Assembly: GCA_050260515.1 (NCBI GenBank)
Contig: JBLNCI010000040.1
Location: 48,331 to 112,330 of the forward strand
DNA length: 64,000 nt
Reading direction: 5' to 3'
Source of the DNA: Gemmatimonas sp.
GTDB lineage: Bacteria; Pseudomonadota; Alphaproteobacteria; SMXQ01
This document shows, in pieces, positions 23,308 through 35,649 of the stretch. Positions within the stretch are counted from its first letter, which is position 1. Each line of letters starts with the position of its first letter. The position numbers were made by a program, and so were the translations under genes. The notes beneath the pieces are model-generated. The model ran no database searches and had not been told where the DNA came from. It worked only from the letters and a program-made list of their open reading frames with translations.

Positions 23308-23471
23308 CCCGGCGTTCTTAACCGAGCCGTTGGCGTAACGGCAAGGCATTAACGTTAAGATCTGACCGACCGGTATGTTCTTTTTTGGGGGCACAGTGGC
23401 CCCTTATTGGTCCTAAGCGACCTAATTTTCCATTAACCAAGCCGGCGGGCAGGCCGGGCGAGGCGTCCGGT

Positions 23472-24362
23472 TCAGGCCTCGGCGAGCTTGCGGCGAATGG
23501 CGAGAAAGTCCTGCCACGCCAGTCGCTTCTGCCCCGGGGACCGGAGCAGATAGGCCGGGTGGAAGGTGGCGATCGTGGGCACCGGACGCGCCATCCGCGG
23601 GGTGCGGAACTCGAGCCACCGGCCGCGCAGCCGCATGATCCCCTCGGAGCGGGCGAGCATCGTCTTGGCGGCGATGCCGCCGGCCAGCACCAGCACCGCC
23701 GGGTCGACGATCTCGACCATGCGCTCGACGAACGGCAGGCACGCGGCGATCTCCGCCGGCGTCGGCGTGCGGTTCCCCGGTGGACGCCAGAACAGGATGT
23801 TGGTGATCAGGCTGTTGGTGCGGTCCTGGCCGATCGCCGCCAGCATCCGGTCGAGGAGCTGGCCCGACACGCCGACGAATGGTTTTCCCATCCGGTCCTC
23901 GTCGGCCCCGGGCGCCTCGCCGATGACCATGAGTCGGGCGTTCGGGTTGCCGTCGCAGAACACCAGGTTGGTCGCCGTCTTCTTGAGCGCGCAGCCGTCG
24001 AACGCCGCGAGCGCCGCGCGCAGCTCCTCGAATGTCGTCGCCGCTTCGGCAAGTTGCGCGGCCGTCCTGTCCTCGGGCGGGCGCACCGGGGCCGCGACCG
24101 GGGCGGCGCGCGGCGCCACAGGACTGCGGCCGACCGCCGTGCCCGGGGCCGGAGCGTCGCGATCGATGGTGCGGGCGGCAGGCGCGGTCGCCGGGGGCGC
24201 GGCAATGGGCGTCATGGGCGCCGCCGGCTGCGGCCGCTCGAGTCGATTGACCGGCGCATCGCCGATGGCGTCGATCGCGCCCGCGTCGACCTGCCACGCG
24301 AGCAGCGCGACGAGCGGATCGATGTCGGGTTTTCCCCCGTGTGGGTTCGGCGGCTCGGCCAT
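23472..24362 (-). CDS. Uracil-DNA glycosylase, family 4, with Pro/Ala-rich N-terminal extension
   Basis: The C-terminal domain [43 protein letters not shown]...HPAYLLRSP matches the family-4 UDG motifs (GEAPG, HPS/A). The N-terminal ~100 aa are low complexity ([23 protein letters not shown]...). Start coordinate is +/-2 nt. Confidence 0.8.
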   Translation of the reverse strand: MAEPPNPHGGKPDIDPLVALLAWQVDAGAIDAIGDAPVNRLERPQPAAPMTPIAAPPATAPAARTIDRDAPAPGTAVGRSPVAPRAAPVAAPVRPPEDRTAAQLAEAATTFEELRAALAAFDGCALKKTATNLVFCDGNPNARLMVIGEAPGADEDRMGKPFVGVSGQLLDRMLAAIGQDRTNSLITNILFWRPPGNRTPTPAEIAACLPFVERMVEIVDPAVLVLAGGIAAKTMLARSEGIMRLRGRWLEFRTPRMARPVPTIATFHPAYLLRSPGQKRLAWQDFLAIRRKLAEA

Positions 24363-24443
24363 GGCCGCGAAGCTACCACAGCGCTTGGCACCAATGCGCG
24401 GCCCGCTGTTTCCCTCGCCGGCCCAATGCAGTAAGCAAGCGGC

Positions 24444-26066
24444 ATGGCACGGGAATCGATGACGTTCGACGTCGTGATCGTGGGCGCGGGGCCGGCAGGC
24501 CTGTCGGCGGCGATCCGTCTCAAGCAGCGGGCAGCCGCGACCGGACGCGAGCTGTCGGTGTGTGTCGTCGAGAAGGGCTCGGAGGTCGGCGCGCACATTC
24601 TGTCGGGCGCCGTGCTCGAGCCGCGCGCGCTGAACGAGCTCTTCCCCGACTGGAAGGAGCGGGGCGCCCCGCTCATGACGCCGGCGACCAGCGACCGCTT
24701 CCTGTTCCTGACCGAGCGCCGTGCCTTCCACCTGCCGACGCCGCCGCAGATGCGGAACCACGGCAACTACATCATCTCTCTCGGCAACCTCTGCCGCTGG
24801 CTCGCCAAGGAAGCCGAGGCGCTGGGGGTCGAGATCTACCCGGGATTCGCCGCCGCCGAGATCCTCATCGAGGATGATGCGGTCGTCGGCGTCGCGACCG
24901 GCGACATGGGGGTCGGCAAGAATGGCGAGGCGACCGAGAACTATCAGCCGGGCGTGGAGCTGCGCGCGCGGCTGACGCTGTTCGCCGAAGGGTGTCGCGG
25001 CTCGCTCTCCGAGCAACTCATCAAGCGCTACGACCTGCGGCGTGACTCCGAGCCCCAGACCTACGGAATCGGCATCAAGGAGCTGTGGGAAGTCGATCCC
25101 GCGCGCCATCGCCCCGGCACGGTCATCCACAGCGTCGGCTGGCCGCTCGATCACGCGACCTATGGCGGCTCGTTCCTCTACCACCTCGAGAACAACCAGG
25201 TCGCCGTCGGGTTCGTCGTCGGCCTCGATTACGCCAATCCGTTCCTGTCGCCGTTCGAGGAGTTCCAGCGCTTCAAGCTGCATCCGGCGATCCGCCCGAC
25301 CTTCGAGGGCGGCCGTCGCATCGCGTACGGGGCGCGCGCTCTCAATGAAGGCGGCTTTCAGTCGATCCCGGCGCTGACCGTGCCCGGCGCGGCCCTGATC
25401 GGCGACAGCGCCGGCTTCGTCAACGTCGCCAAGATCAAGGGCATCCATACGGCGATGAAATCGGCGATGGTCGCGGCCGATGCGGCGGTGGAGGCACTCG
25501 CGGGTGACGGCCCGGTGACGCTCGCCGACTATCCCGCACGGCTGAAGCAGAGCTGGGTGTTCGAGGAGCTCGCGCGCGTGCGCAACATCCGGCCCGGGTT
25601 CCACGCCGGGCTGATCCCGGGACTCGCGAACGCCGTGTTCGAGACGCTCGCCGGCGGTCGTGCCCCGTGGACGCTGCATCATCGCCGCGACAACGAGGCG
25701 CTCCGTCCGGCAAAGGAATCGGTGCCGGTCGCGTATCCGAGGCCGGACGGCAAGATCACCTTCGATCGCCTGTCGTCGGTGTTCATCTCCAACACCAACC
25801 ACGAAGAGAACCAGCCCGCGCACTTGAAGCTGCGCGCGCCGGCGCTGGCGATCTCGCTGAACCTCGCCGCCTATGATTCGCCCGAGACCCGCTACTGCCC
25901 GGCGGGCGTGTACGAGATCGTCCGCGACGAGTCGGGAGAGCCGCGGCTGCAGATCAACGCCCAGAACTGCGTCCACTGCAAGACCTGCGACATCAAGGAC
26001 CCGGCGCAGAACATCGAGTGGACCGTTCCCGAAGGCGGCGGCGGGCCCAACTATCCGAATATGTGA
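24444..26066 (+). CDS. Electron-transfer flavoprotein:ubiquinone oxidoreductase (ETF-QO)
   Basis: 540 aa. It has an FAD site [16 protein letters not shown] and a C-terminal 4Fe-4S ferredoxin-like motif [13 protein letters not shown], with ETF-QO length and architecture. Confidence 0.9.
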   Translation: MARESMTFDVVIVGAGPAGLSAAIRLKQRAAATGRELSVCVVEKGSEVGAHILSGAVLEPRALNELFPDWKERGAPLMTPATSDRFLFLTERRAFHLPTPPQMRNHGNYIISLGNLCRWLAKEAEALGVEIYPGFAAAEILIEDDAVVGVATGDMGVGKNGEATENYQPGVELRARLTLFAEGCRGSLSEQLIKRYDLRRDSEPQTYGIGIKELWEVDPARHRPGTVIHSVGWPLDHATYGGSFLYHLENNQVAVGFVVGLDYANPFLSPFEEFQRFKLHPAIRPTFEGGRRIAYGARALNEGGFQSIPALTVPGAALIGDSAGFVNVAKIKGIHTAMKSAMVAADAAVEALAGDGPVTLADYPARLKQSWVFEELARVRNIRPGFHAGLIPGLANAVFETLAGGRAPWTLHHRRDNEALRPAKESVPVAYPRPDGKITFDRLSSVFISNTNHEENQPAHLKLRAPALAISLNLAAYDSPETRYCPAGVYEIVRDESGEPRLQINAQNCVHCKTCDIKDPAQNIEWTVPEGGGGPNYPNM

Positions 26067-26145
26067 CGAACCGGCGGTGCTGCCGCGCCCCGCTGGGTTG
26101 TCGCCACGACTCGTGCCGTCCCGCCGCCGTGCTATAGTTCCGCCA

Positions 26146-27906
26146 ATGACGTCCTACATTCTCCGCCTCACATCGCGCTTTGGCGCCGGCGCGGCCATCG
26201 CGTGCGCGCTCGCGCTCGGGGCCTGCGCGCAGGGAGCGCGCCAGCAGGTCCTCGTTCCGACCGAACCGACCGGAACGGCGGGCGACTATCTCGCGGCGCG
26301 GCATGCGCAGGCCGCCCAGGACACGCGCCTCGCGGCGAATCTCTACGCGCGGGCGTTGGCCGACGATCCCGACAATCAGGAGCTGCTGCGCCGCACCTTC
26401 CAGTTGCTCGCGGCCGACGGGCGATTCGACGAGGCGGTGCCCGTGGCAAACCGCATCGTCGCCGCGTCCCCGAATTCCGCCCTGCCGGTCCTCACGCTCG
26501 TCGTCGAGGACGTCCGGCAGCGTCGCTACGCCGACGCGGTGGCGCGCGCGAACGCCCTGCCGAACGAGGGCCTCACCGCCTTCGTCCGCCCGATCGCGCT
26601 GACGTGGATCGAAGCGGGCCGCGGAAACAAGGTCGCGGCCGAGAACGCGATCAAGGAGCTCGGCGGCAAGGCGGGCTTCGAGCTGTTCGCGTATTTCCAC
26701 ACGGCGCTGGTTGACGACCTGCTCGGCGACACCGACGGCGCCCGTCGCGCCTATGTCGCCGCGGCGGAGGCGAACAAGGCGCAGTTCGTCCGCGTGACCG
26801 AAGCGGCGGGTTCGTTCTTCGAGCGCACCGGCGACCGCGCCGAGGCACAGCGCCTCTACGAGGCGTACGAGCGCGCGCACCCCGACACGCTGGTCATGAA
26901 GTCGGCGCTCGCCCGGCTCGCATCGGGCGGCGCGCCGCCGCGGACGATCGCCTCGGTCGAAGCCGGGCTCGCCGAAGGGCTGTTCGACATCGCGAGCCTG
27001 CTGCACCAGGAGCGGATCGACGACGTCGGCATCATCCTCGCGCAGCTCTCGCTCCGGCTGCGCGGCGACTTCACGATGGCGAAGCTGCTGATTGCGGACA
27101 TCTACGAGAGCCAGGGCCATCTCCAGTCGGCCGTCGCCGCGTACCAGGACATCGATCCGCATGCTCCGGTCGCGTGGTCGGCGCGGCTCCGCGCGGCGGT
27201 GCTGCTCGCCGGCATGGGCGACATCGACGGCGCGACGCGCCGCCTCGAGGCCATGGCCGAGGAGCGGCCCGACCGCAGCGACGCGCTCGTCGCGTTGGGC
27301 GACGTGCTGCGGAGCTCGGATCGCTTCACCGACGCGGTCGCCGCGTACGACCGCGCGCTGGCGCGCATCCCGCATCTCGAGGAGCGCCACTGGTCGCTGC
27401 TGTATTCGCGCGGCATCGCGCTCGAGCGGGCGAAGCAGTGGCCGCGCGCCGAGGCCGATTTCCTCAAGGCGGTCGAGCTCAGTCCCGACCAGCCCTATCT
27501 GCTCAATTACCTCGCCTATTCGTGGGTCGAGCACGGCACGAATCTCGAGAAGGCGCAGGCAATGCTCGAGCGCGCGCTGCGGCTGCGGCCCAAGGATGCG
27601 CAGATCATCGACAGCATGGGCTGGGTGCAGTACCGGCTCGGCCACTTCGACAACGCGGTGAAGCACCTCGAGCAGGCGGTCGAGCTGAAGCCGCAGGACG
27701 CGGTCATCAACGATCATCTCGGCGACGCCTATTGGCGGGTCGGGCGCTACAACGAGGCGCGCTACCAGTGGCAGCGCGCGCTGCGCATGGATCCGGAGCC
27801 CGATCTCGTCGCCTCGCTCGAGGAGAAGCTGCAGAACGGACTGAAGCCGTCGGCCGGCGGCCGGTCGGCGCAGCCGCCGAAGCCGACCGCGCGTCGCGGC
27901 TCCTGA
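26146..27906 (+). CDS. TPR-repeat lipoprotein
   Basis: Start [27 protein letters not shown] (lipobox LGAC). Multiple TPR-like AxxxYxxAL repeats occur throughout. The ORF extension from 25873 is discarded. Confidence 0.7.
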   Translation: MTSYILRLTSRFGAGAAIACALALGACAQGARQQVLVPTEPTGTAGDYLAARHAQAAQDTRLAANLYARALADDPDNQELLRRTFQLLAADGRFDEAVPVANRIVAASPNSALPVLTLVVEDVRQRRYADAVARANALPNEGLTAFVRPIALTWIEAGRGNKVAAENAIKELGGKAGFELFAYFHTALVDDLLGDTDGARRAYVAAAEANKAQFVRVTEAAGSFFERTGDRAEAQRLYEAYERAHPDTLVMKSALARLASGGAPPRTIASVEAGLAEGLFDIASLLHQERIDDVGIILAQLSLRLRGDFTMAKLLIADIYESQGHLQSAVAAYQDIDPHAPVAWSARLRAAVLLAGMGDIDGATRRLEAMAEERPDRSDALVALGDVLRSSDRFTDAVAAYDRALARIPHLEERHWSLLYSRGIALERAKQWPRAEADFLKAVELSPDQPYLLNYLAYSWVEHGTNLEKAQAMLERALRLRPKDAQIIDSMGWVQYRLGHFDNAVKHLEQAVELKPQDAVINDHLGDAYWRVGRYNEARYQWQRALRMDPEPDLVASLEEKLQNGLKPSAGGRSAQPPKPTARRGS

Positions 27907-27912
27907 GCGCGC

Positions 27913-28884
27913 GTGACGGACGCTCCCGCGCCTCCCGGCCTCGATCTTGCGCAGCGCGAGCCGGCGCCGGCCAAGATCAACCTCTATCTTCATGTCGTCG
28001 GTCGCGCCGAGAGCGGCCACCACATCCTCGATTCGCTGGTCGCGTTCACCGAGTTCGGGGACGCGCTTGCGGCGGGCCCCGCGCGCGGCGACGCCCCCGA
28101 GGCGCTGACCCTCGACGTCGACGGTCCGTTCGGCGCTGCTCTCACCCGCGAGGCGGGCGAGGACAATCTCGTGCTCAGAGCCGCCCGCGCGCTGCGCCGC
28201 GAGGCGGGGATCGAGCGCGGCGCGCACCTGCGGCTGATCAAGCGGCTGCCGATCGCATCGGGCATCGGCGGCGGCTCGGCCGACGCGGCCGCGGCGCTGA
28301 GGGCGCTTGCGCGCCTGTGGGGCGTCGATCTGCCGCGCGACCGCTTCGACGAGATCGCGGTGTCGCTCGGCGCCGACGTGCCGGCGTGCTTCGCCTCGCG
28401 CCCGGCGCGGATGGCCGGCATCGGCGAGCGCCTCACGCCGATGCAGCTTCCCGAGGTGGGCGTGCTGCTCGCCAACCCTGGCGCGCCGCTGTCGACCGCG
28501 CGGGTGTTCGCGGCGTTCGCCGCCGCGCACGAGCAGGGCGGGCGCCCGTACCGTCGCGCGCTGCCGATGATCCCGGCATTCGCCGACGCGCGCGTGTTCG
28601 CCGACTGGCTCGATCAGGCGACCGACAACGATCTCACCGAGGCGGCGGCGCGGCTTGCGCCCGAGGTCGCGGCGACGCTGATCGCGCTCTCCGAACTTCC
28701 CGAGGCGCTGCTGGTGCGGATGAGCGGCAGCGGCGCGACCTGCTTTGCGCTGTTCGCCGATGCCGAGGCGGCCGCGCGCGGCGCGCGCCGGCTCGCGGCG
28801 CTCCAGCCGAAGTGGTGGATCGCGGCGACGACGCTGATCCCCTGCCTCGACACGCCGCTCCCGGGCGAGGTTGAGCCGGACTAG
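27913..28884 (+). CDS. ispE: 4-(cytidine 5'-diphospho)-2-C-methyl-D-erythritol kinase
   Basis: 323 aa. Contains KINLYLHVVGRAESGHHILDSLVAF and the GHMP kinase motif PIASGIGGGSADAAAAL. Confidence 0.88.
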   Translation: MTDAPAPPGLDLAQREPAPAKINLYLHVVGRAESGHHILDSLVAFTEFGDALAAGPARGDAPEALTLDVDGPFGAALTREAGEDNLVLRAARALRREAGIERGAHLRLIKRLPIASGIGGGSADAAAALRALARLWGVDLPRDRFDEIAVSLGADVPACFASRPARMAGIGERLTPMQLPEVGVLLANPGAPLSTARVFAAFAAAHEQGGRPYRRALPMIPAFADARVFADWLDQATDNDLTEAAARLAPEVAATLIALSELPEALLVRMSGSGATCFALFADAEAAARGARRLAALQPKWWIAATTLIPCLDTPLPGEVEPD

Positions 28885-28945
28885 CGCGAGCGCCGGCGGC
28901 GGTTGCCGCCGGACCCATGGGGGCGGTAGTTTACGGCCCGCGCAT

Positions 28946-29020
28946 TGGGGCGTAGCCAAGCGGTAAGGCAGCGGATTTTGATTCCGCCATTCCCAGGTTC
29001 GAATCCTGGCGCCCCAGCCA
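28946..29020 (+). tRNA. tRNA-Gln (anticodon UUG)
   Basis: 75 nt. Acceptor stem TGGGGCG/CGCCCCA, anticodon stem GCGGA/TCCGC with loop TTTTGAT (anticodon TTG), T-arm CCAGGTTCGAATCCTGG, encoded 3' CCA. Confidence 0.85.
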
Positions 29021-29196
29021 ATTCCCCACTCGCCTCCGCACCCACCGTCGAGCTCCGGTTCCCCGGTCGCGCTTGTGGCAAAGACGTGCCAGCGGCGCGT
29101 TCGGCGCGACAGCGTACGAAGTTTGCGCGCGGTGCCCCGTTCGGCAGAACAAAACCCCCATGCGCGGCGTTGTACGCGTTCAGGGACACAGCCGAA

Positions 29197-29871
29197 ATGG
29201 AGGATGAGATGCGCGCATTGTTTCTGGCCCCGCTGGGGCTCGCATTGCTCGCCACCGCGTGTGGCGAGACCACGGGCGAACGCGCCACGACGGGCGCGGC
29301 GGGCGGGGCCGTGACCGGCGCCGCGGTCGGCGGCCCGGTCGGGGCGGTCGTCGGTGGCGGTATCGGCGCCGCGGGCGGCGCCTACCGGCCGCAAGCCGAT
29401 CAGGCGGTGGACACCGCGAAAGAGAACGTGTCCGACCAGATGAGCGGCACCACCGGCCGCACCGCCTCACAGAGCCGCACTCGCGGCGCAGCCGCCTCGT
29501 CGGGCGGCGCATCGCGCACGCAGGTCCGCCAGGCCCAGACCGCGCTGCAGAAGATGGGCTACTACAACGGCAAGATCGACGGCGTGGCCGGACCCCAGAC
29601 CCGTGCCGCGGTCCGTCAATACCAGGCCAAGGAGAACCTGGACCAGACCGGCAGGCTCGACCGGACGACGATGCAGCATCTGCGCAACGTCGCATCGTCC
29701 GGCAGCACCCCCGGCTCGAGCGGCAGCTCGACGACCACGTCGGGCAGCTCGGGTACCGTCAACGCGCCGAGCAACGCGGGCAGCGGTTCGGGCAGCAACA
29801 TCCCGAACAACGCGGGCAACAGCTCGGGCACGACCTCGGGAAGCCCGTCCGACCAGCCGATCAACCGGTAG
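29197..29871 (+). CDS. Lipoprotein with peptidoglycan-binding (PG_binding_1) domain and Gly/Ser-rich linkers
   Basis: MEDEMRALFLAPLGLALLATAC has a lipobox. The segment QTALQKMGYYNGKIDGVAGPQTRAAVRQYQAKENLDQTGRLD is a PG-binding-1 repeat. An alternative start is MRALFL at 29209. Confidence 0.65.
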   Translation: MEDEMRALFLAPLGLALLATACGETTGERATTGAAGGAVTGAAVGGPVGAVVGGGIGAAGGAYRPQADQAVDTAKENVSDQMSGTTGRTASQSRTRGAAASSGGASRTQVRQAQTALQKMGYYNGKIDGVAGPQTRAAVRQYQAKENLDQTGRLDRTTMQHLRNVASSGSTPGSSGSSTTTSGSSGTVNAPSNAGSGSGSNIPNNAGNSSGTTSGSPSDQPINR

Positions 29872-29955
29872 CGGCTGCGCGTGAGAGAGCCCGATCCCGG
29901 CACTCGGGATCGGGCTTTCTCTTCGTCGCCACGAACGGCCATCGCACGCACGTCG

Positions 29956-30561
29956 TCACTCGCGGCGCGCGGCTCGCCCTTCATCGTCGATCCGCTCCGC
30001 CATCGTGCGGAACGTGATCGAGTAGCGCGTCTGTGCGACCGGCGCGATGCTGTGCTCCCACACAGCGCGCGCCGGGCCGCGCAGCGCGTACAGCGAACGG
30101 GCCGCGCACGGCAGTGTGAACCGCCGCCATGTGCTGCCGCTCTTCCTGCGGAAGCGGATCGCGCAGTCCGACGCGAGCGACAGCCCGAACACCTCTCCGA
30201 ACTGCTTCTTGTCGCGATGCCAGCCGATGCCGGCGCCGACCGCGTACTCGGTGCAGAGGGCGTGGCGGATGCTGCCCGGGGCGATCCCCGCCGCATCCTC
30301 GGTGCGACGCGCGACCGGCAGCAGCCACTCGGGCAGCTCGTCGGCGGGCTCCAGTCGCTGGTGCGTGAAGTCGTAGCGCGTCCCGAAGGTGACGACGCGG
30401 CGCTTGCCCTCGTAGACGCCGAACTGGAACGGCGCGAGCGGCAGCGACGCCACGCGGTCGATCAGGTCGCGCTCTTCGGCTATGGTAAGGAACTCGGCGG
30501 TGTAGGAGAGCCCTTCGGGCAAGGGCCGGTCGTCCGAGAACAGGGGCAGTTGTCGGCGCAT
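29956..30561 (-). CDS. AlkB-family 2OG/Fe(II) dioxygenase (alkylated DNA/RNA repair)
   Basis: 201 aa. Contains GIGWHRDKKQFGEVFGLSLASDCAIRFRR (the HxD...H iron-binding region of AlkB-like proteins). Confidence 0.7.
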   Translation of the reverse strand: MRRQLPLFSDDRPLPEGLSYTAEFLTIAEERDLIDRVASLPLAPFQFGVYEGKRRVVTFGTRYDFTHQRLEPADELPEWLLPVARRTEDAAGIAPGSIRHALCTEYAVGAGIGWHRDKKQFGEVFGLSLASDCAIRFRRKSGSTWRRFTLPCAARSLYALRGPARAVWEHSIAPVAQTRYSITFRTMAERIDDEGRAARRE

Positions 30562-30668
30562 GGGTGTCGCGGGCGCACGGGCGTCGGGAGCGCGTCAATC
30601 CTAAGTCGACGGCACCGGCCGCGGTTGCGGCATTCTCGGGCGACCGTCCGCCATTCGAAGGGGGCATC

Positions 30669-31624
30669 ATGCAGCAGCGTACGTTGGGTCGCTCGGGTTT
30701 GCGCGTGTCGGTGATCGGAATCGGCTGCAACCAGTTCGGCGGCCGGGTCGACCTCGACGGCACGCGCAAGGTCGTCTACAAGGCGCTCGACCTCGGGGTG
30801 ACGCTGTTCGACACCGCCGACAGCTACGGCAACCGCGGCGGCTCCGAGGAGATCCTCGGCACGGTTCTCGGCGACCGCCGCAAGGACATCGTGCTGGCGA
30901 CCAAGTTCGCGATGCCGATGGACGACGCGGGCACGCTCAAGGGCGCGTCGCGCCGCTACATCATGCAGGCGGTCGAGGCGTCGCTGCGCCGGCTCAAGAC
31001 CGACTGGATCGACCTCTATCAGCTCCACCGGCCGGATCCGCAGACGCCGATCGAGGAGACGCTGCGCGCGCTCGAGGATCTGATCCGCGCCGGCAAAGTC
31101 CGCTACATCGGCTGCTCCAATCTCGCCGCGTGGCAGGTGGTCGAGGCGCAATGGACGGCGCGCGAGCTCGGCGTCAACGCGTTCGTGTCCTGTCAGGACG
31201 AGTACAGCCTCCTGGTGCGCGACATCGAGCGCGAGCTCGTGCCCGCGATGAACGCGTACGGCCTCGGCCTGCTGCCGTTCTTCCCGCTCGCCGGCGGGCT
31301 TCTCACCGGCAAGTACAAGCGCGGCGCGCCACTCCCGCAGGACGCGCGCTACGCGTCGTCGAAGAACATGGTGCAGCGGTTCATGACGCCCGCTGGCTGG
31401 ACCGCCGTCGAGGCGCTGGAGGGCTGGGCACGGGCGCGCGGCAAGACGCTGCTCGATCTCGCCGTCGCCTGGCTCGCGGCGCGCAAGCCGGTGTCGTCGG
31501 TGATCGCCGGCGCCACCAAGCCCGAGCAGATCGAGCAGAACGTCCGCGCCGCGGAATGGACGCTCACCGACGCGGACATCGCCGAGATCGACGCGCTGGC
31601 TCCGGTCGGCACGATCCCGCCGCG

Positions 31625-31628
<4 letters not shown>
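30669..31628 (+). CDS. Aldo/keto reductase
   Basis: 319 aa. Contains MQQRTLGRSGLRVSVIGIGCNQFGG...LFDTADSYG (the AKR catalytic tetrad region). Confidence 0.85.
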
Positions 31629-32607
<979 letters not shown>

Positions 32608-32611
<4 letters not shown>

Positions 32612-33438
32612 AAGTGATAGAGGAGGTGCAGCTCGGTCGAGACCTGATCGGCCGAGCCGCGCGTCTTGATCAGCGGGCTGTCCGCCGCCTGGTCGAGCAG
32701 GCGCTGGTATTTGACCCGCGCTGCGATCGCCCAGTGGCCGTCGAGATCGTAGATGAGGCTCGGCTGGACCACGGCATCGCGCATCCCGGACGACGGCGAG
32801 TAGACGGCGAGACCGCTCGCCGTCGACTGGCCGGGCGTGATCCCGAACATGGGTTGCAGCCCCGAGCGGGTCGCCCAGGTTGCCGTGAGCCGCAGGTTCA
32901 GGAACCAGTGCTGCGGCGCCAGCGGGGCCGTGACCTCGCCTCCGACGTCGACGAACGTCGCGTTGTCGGGATCGATGTCGTGCCGGGCTTTCAGGAACAC
33001 GTAGCAGCAGTCGTGCGGCTGGTACTCGGCGATCGCGCCGGCCTGGAAGCTCGAGCTCGCGTCGCCGAGGCCCTTGAGGTCGCTCGACCAGCGCTCGCGC
33101 CGGCCCGGGCGCCAGGTCAGCAGCGGTCCGATCCGCACCGTGGGCGTCGAGAACAGGTAGATGCCGAGCCCGTCGTCGACGTTGAGGAACGTGCGGGCGA
33201 GGCCGTTGGCGTCGTACCAGGTGATGTCGAAGTAGGGGAGCGGCTCGAACGAATGGCTGTCGGCGCCCTCGTAGTCGGGCTCGTAGCCCACGCCCGCGCC
33301 GAGGGTGATGTCCCATTGGTCGTGGAGCGTCTCGTCCGCCGCGGCGGGCGAGTGCCAGGCCAGCGCCCACGCCGCCACCGACAGAGCGGCGATCAAAACG
33401 CGGTGACGGCCCTGGAACGGCGGTTTGCGAATGCCCAT
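32608..33438 (-). CDS. MipA/OmpV family outer-membrane protein
   Basis: Start at MGIRKPPFQGRHRVLIAALSVAAWALA (signal peptide). It has a beta-barrel-like alternating pattern and ends with the aromatic C-terminal residue (..LHLLYHF). Confidence 0.65.
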
Positions 33439-33525
33439 TTTCGCCTTAGACTTCGATGAGGCACCTGCCTGAAGGCCCTCGCGCATTGATGCGCTTTCGC
33501 CGTTCATACCCCGGATTTCCGATCA

Positions 33526-34398
33526 ATGTCACGCTTCGCTGACCGCCCCGGCTCCGCCGCGCTGCTGGCCTACTCGCCGTGGGACGCCGTGCCGGTCGTT
33601 CTCGGGCTGCTCCACTTCGTTGGCGTTGTCGCGCTGGTGCTGAGCGCGCCGCACCTGTCGTGGCCCGCGTTCCTCGGCTTCGCGGCTCTCTACTCCCTGA
33701 GCATCGCGTGGAGCATCAACAGCATCTCCCACAACCTGATTCACAATCCGTACTTCTCGTCGGATTTGCTCAATCACCTGTTCTCGATGCTGCTGTCGCT
33801 GACCTTGGGCTTCTCCCAGGTCATGTACCACTACGTGCACATGCGCCATCACAGCGGCAACATGGACCGCCCGGACGCCAAGGGCGACACCGTCGACCTG
33901 ATCTCGATCTACAAGCACGGCCGAGACGGCCAGCCCGAGAATGCGTTCCGCTATTTCCTGATGAGCTACTTCCGCGACGACCCGTTCCCGATCTACCGGG
34001 CGATCAAGGCGCGCCAGCCGCGCGAGGCGCGCTGGGCCATCGCCGAGCTCGTCGTCGTCGTCGGGTTCTACGTCGCGCTCGCGGTGTGGGACTGGCGCGC
34101 GGTGCTGATGCTGGTGCCGTTCTACTGGCTCGGTCACTCGCTGTCGGCGGTGAACGGCTACTACGAGCACTACAAGGCCAATCCCGACCAGCCGATCGCG
34201 TGGGGCGTGTCGTCCTACAACAAGCTCTACAACTGGACGTGGATGAACAACGGCTACCACGCCGAGCATCATTACCGTCCGAAGTGCCACTGGACCAAGA
34301 TGCACGAGTTGCATCTGCAGATCGCCGACGAGCAGAAGAGGGCCGGCGTCCGCGTCATCGCCTGGCCGCACGTGCTCGGGTTCATGGCGGCGAACTAG
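33526..34398 (+). CDS. Membrane fatty-acid desaturase family protein
   Basis: 290 aa with three His boxes (HNLIHN, HMRHH, HAEHH) and TM helices. Confidence 0.75.
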   Translation: MSRFADRPGSAALLAYSPWDAVPVVLGLLHFVGVVALVLSAPHLSWPAFLGFAALYSLSIAWSINSISHNLIHNPYFSSDLLNHLFSMLLSLTLGFSQVMYHYVHMRHHSGNMDRPDAKGDTVDLISIYKHGRDGQPENAFRYFLMSYFRDDPFPIYRAIKARQPREARWAIAELVVVVGFYVALAVWDWRAVLMLVPFYWLGHSLSAVNGYYEHYKANPDQPIAWGVSSYNKLYNWTWMNNGYHAEHHYRPKCHWTKMHELHLQIADEQKRAGVRVIAWPHVLGFMAAN

Positions 34399-34454
34399 GG
34401 CCGCCGGCGCATCGGCTCCGGACGAGCTCCGCGACGAGCGCTTCTCGCGCCGCC

Positions 34455-34820
34455 CTACGGTTTATCCCTGTTGTTGAGGATGTCGAGCCGCTGCTGCTCG
34501 AAGTTCCTCTGCACGTCGAGGTCGCGCTGGCGCGCGGCGTCGATGTTTTGCTGCTGTTGCTGCTGCATCTCCAGCGTGCGCTGGCGTGCCCGGTCATCGA
34601 GCGCGCGGCTCCGCTGCTGCTCGATCGCCTCGCGCTCGCGGGCGCGGGTCTCGGGCGTCGGCGTCTCGCCGGGCAGCCGGATCGGCCGGCCGTTCTCGTC
34701 GACCTCGGTCTGGCTCAGCGACACGCCCGCCGACCAGGCCAACGCCGCGGCCGCGCCGACCAGCGCGAGAAAAGCGCGGCGCGTCACGGTCGGGTCGAGT
34801 GTCGCGGCGGTGTCGCGCAT
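34455..34820 (-). CDS. Small Tat-secreted Gln/Arg-rich protein (hypothetical)
   Basis: Start MRDTAATLDPTVTRRAFLALVGAAAALAWSA carries a twin-arginine motif TRRAFL. The rest is low-complexity and coiled-coil-like with a QQQQQQ run. Confidence 0.4.
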   Translation of the reverse strand: MRDTAATLDPTVTRRAFLALVGAAAALAWSAGVSLSQTEVDENGRPIRLPGETPTPETRAREREAIEQQRSRALDDRARQRTLEMQQQQQQNIDAARQRDLDVQRNFEQQRLDILNNRDKP

Positions 34821-34860
34821 GTCTCGGATATGGGGATGCGGCGCCGTTTTGCCAGCCGGC

Positions 34861-35553
34861 TCAGTCCCCGAGCCGCCGTGCGTCGCGGGCCGCCGGAAAG
34901 GCATCGAACATACGTTCCCGCCACGCCGCCACCGGGTCGTCGGCCGCAATCAGCGCAAACGGACTGGTCACGCGCGCCCATTGCAACGAGCCGAGCACGA
35001 TGATGTCGGCGTAGCTCGGCTTCTCTCCGCCGAGGAATTGCCGGTCGCGCACGGCCAGGCGCAGCGGCTGGAGCGTGTCGCGGAACGTCGACACACGGGC
35101 CTCGCGCCCGGCGCACAGCGCGTCGAGCGTGCGGCCGTAGCGCTCCTCGCGCGACTGCCGGAAGTACGGCTTGTCGCGTTCGTCGAGCTGATGAAAGACG
35201 TCGATCAGGATCAGCCGAGCCATTGCCGGCAGCAGTGTCGAGTCGGCCCAGGTGTTGACGAAGCGGATCGCCGCGCGCGCCGCCTCGCCCCCGAACAGAG
35301 ACGGGCGATCGGGATACCCATGATCGAGATACTCAGCGATGGTCCACGAGTCGGACACGACCCGGTCGCCGTCGACGAGCACCGGAACGCGGCCCTGACC
35401 GGAGAACGCGATCGCGTCCTTCTCCGAGAACCGCCACGGAACGGTCTCGAACGCGAGGCCTTTGTGGATGAGCGCGAGCTTGGTGCGCCAGCAGTACGGG
35501 CTGAAGCGTCGCTCCGGATCGGCGCCGGCGAGGTCGTAGAGCGTGATCGTCAT
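34861..35553 (-). CDS. Glutathione S-transferase family protein
   Basis: 230 aa. It begins MTITLYDLAG...RFSPYCWRTKLAL and has a GST N-terminal thioredoxin-like domain plus a C-terminal helical domain. Confidence 0.75.
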   Translation of the reverse strand: MTITLYDLAGADPERRFSPYCWRTKLALIHKGLAFETVPWRFSEKDAIAFSGQGRVPVLVDGDRVVSDSWTIAEYLDHGYPDRPSLFGGEAARAAIRFVNTWADSTLLPAMARLILIDVFHQLDERDKPYFRQSREERYGRTLDALCAGREARVSTFRDTLQPLRLAVRDRQFLGGEKPSYADIIVLGSLQWARVTSPFALIAADDPVAAWRERMFDAFPAARDARRLGD

Positions 35554-35587
35554 CGCCGACGACTATGCACCGGCGCTGTCATAGCCG

Positions 35588-35620
35588 CAAAAAAGAAGCG
35601 GCCCCGAATGGGGCCGCTTC
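35588..35620 (-). terminator. Rho-independent terminator after the UbiD-family gene
   Basis: On the minus strand the sequence reads CGGAAGCGGCCCCATTCGGGGCCGCTTC followed by TTTTTTGCGG. Confidence 0.75.
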
Positions 35621-35649
35621 CGTACGCGCAACGAGACTGATTGAGAGGC

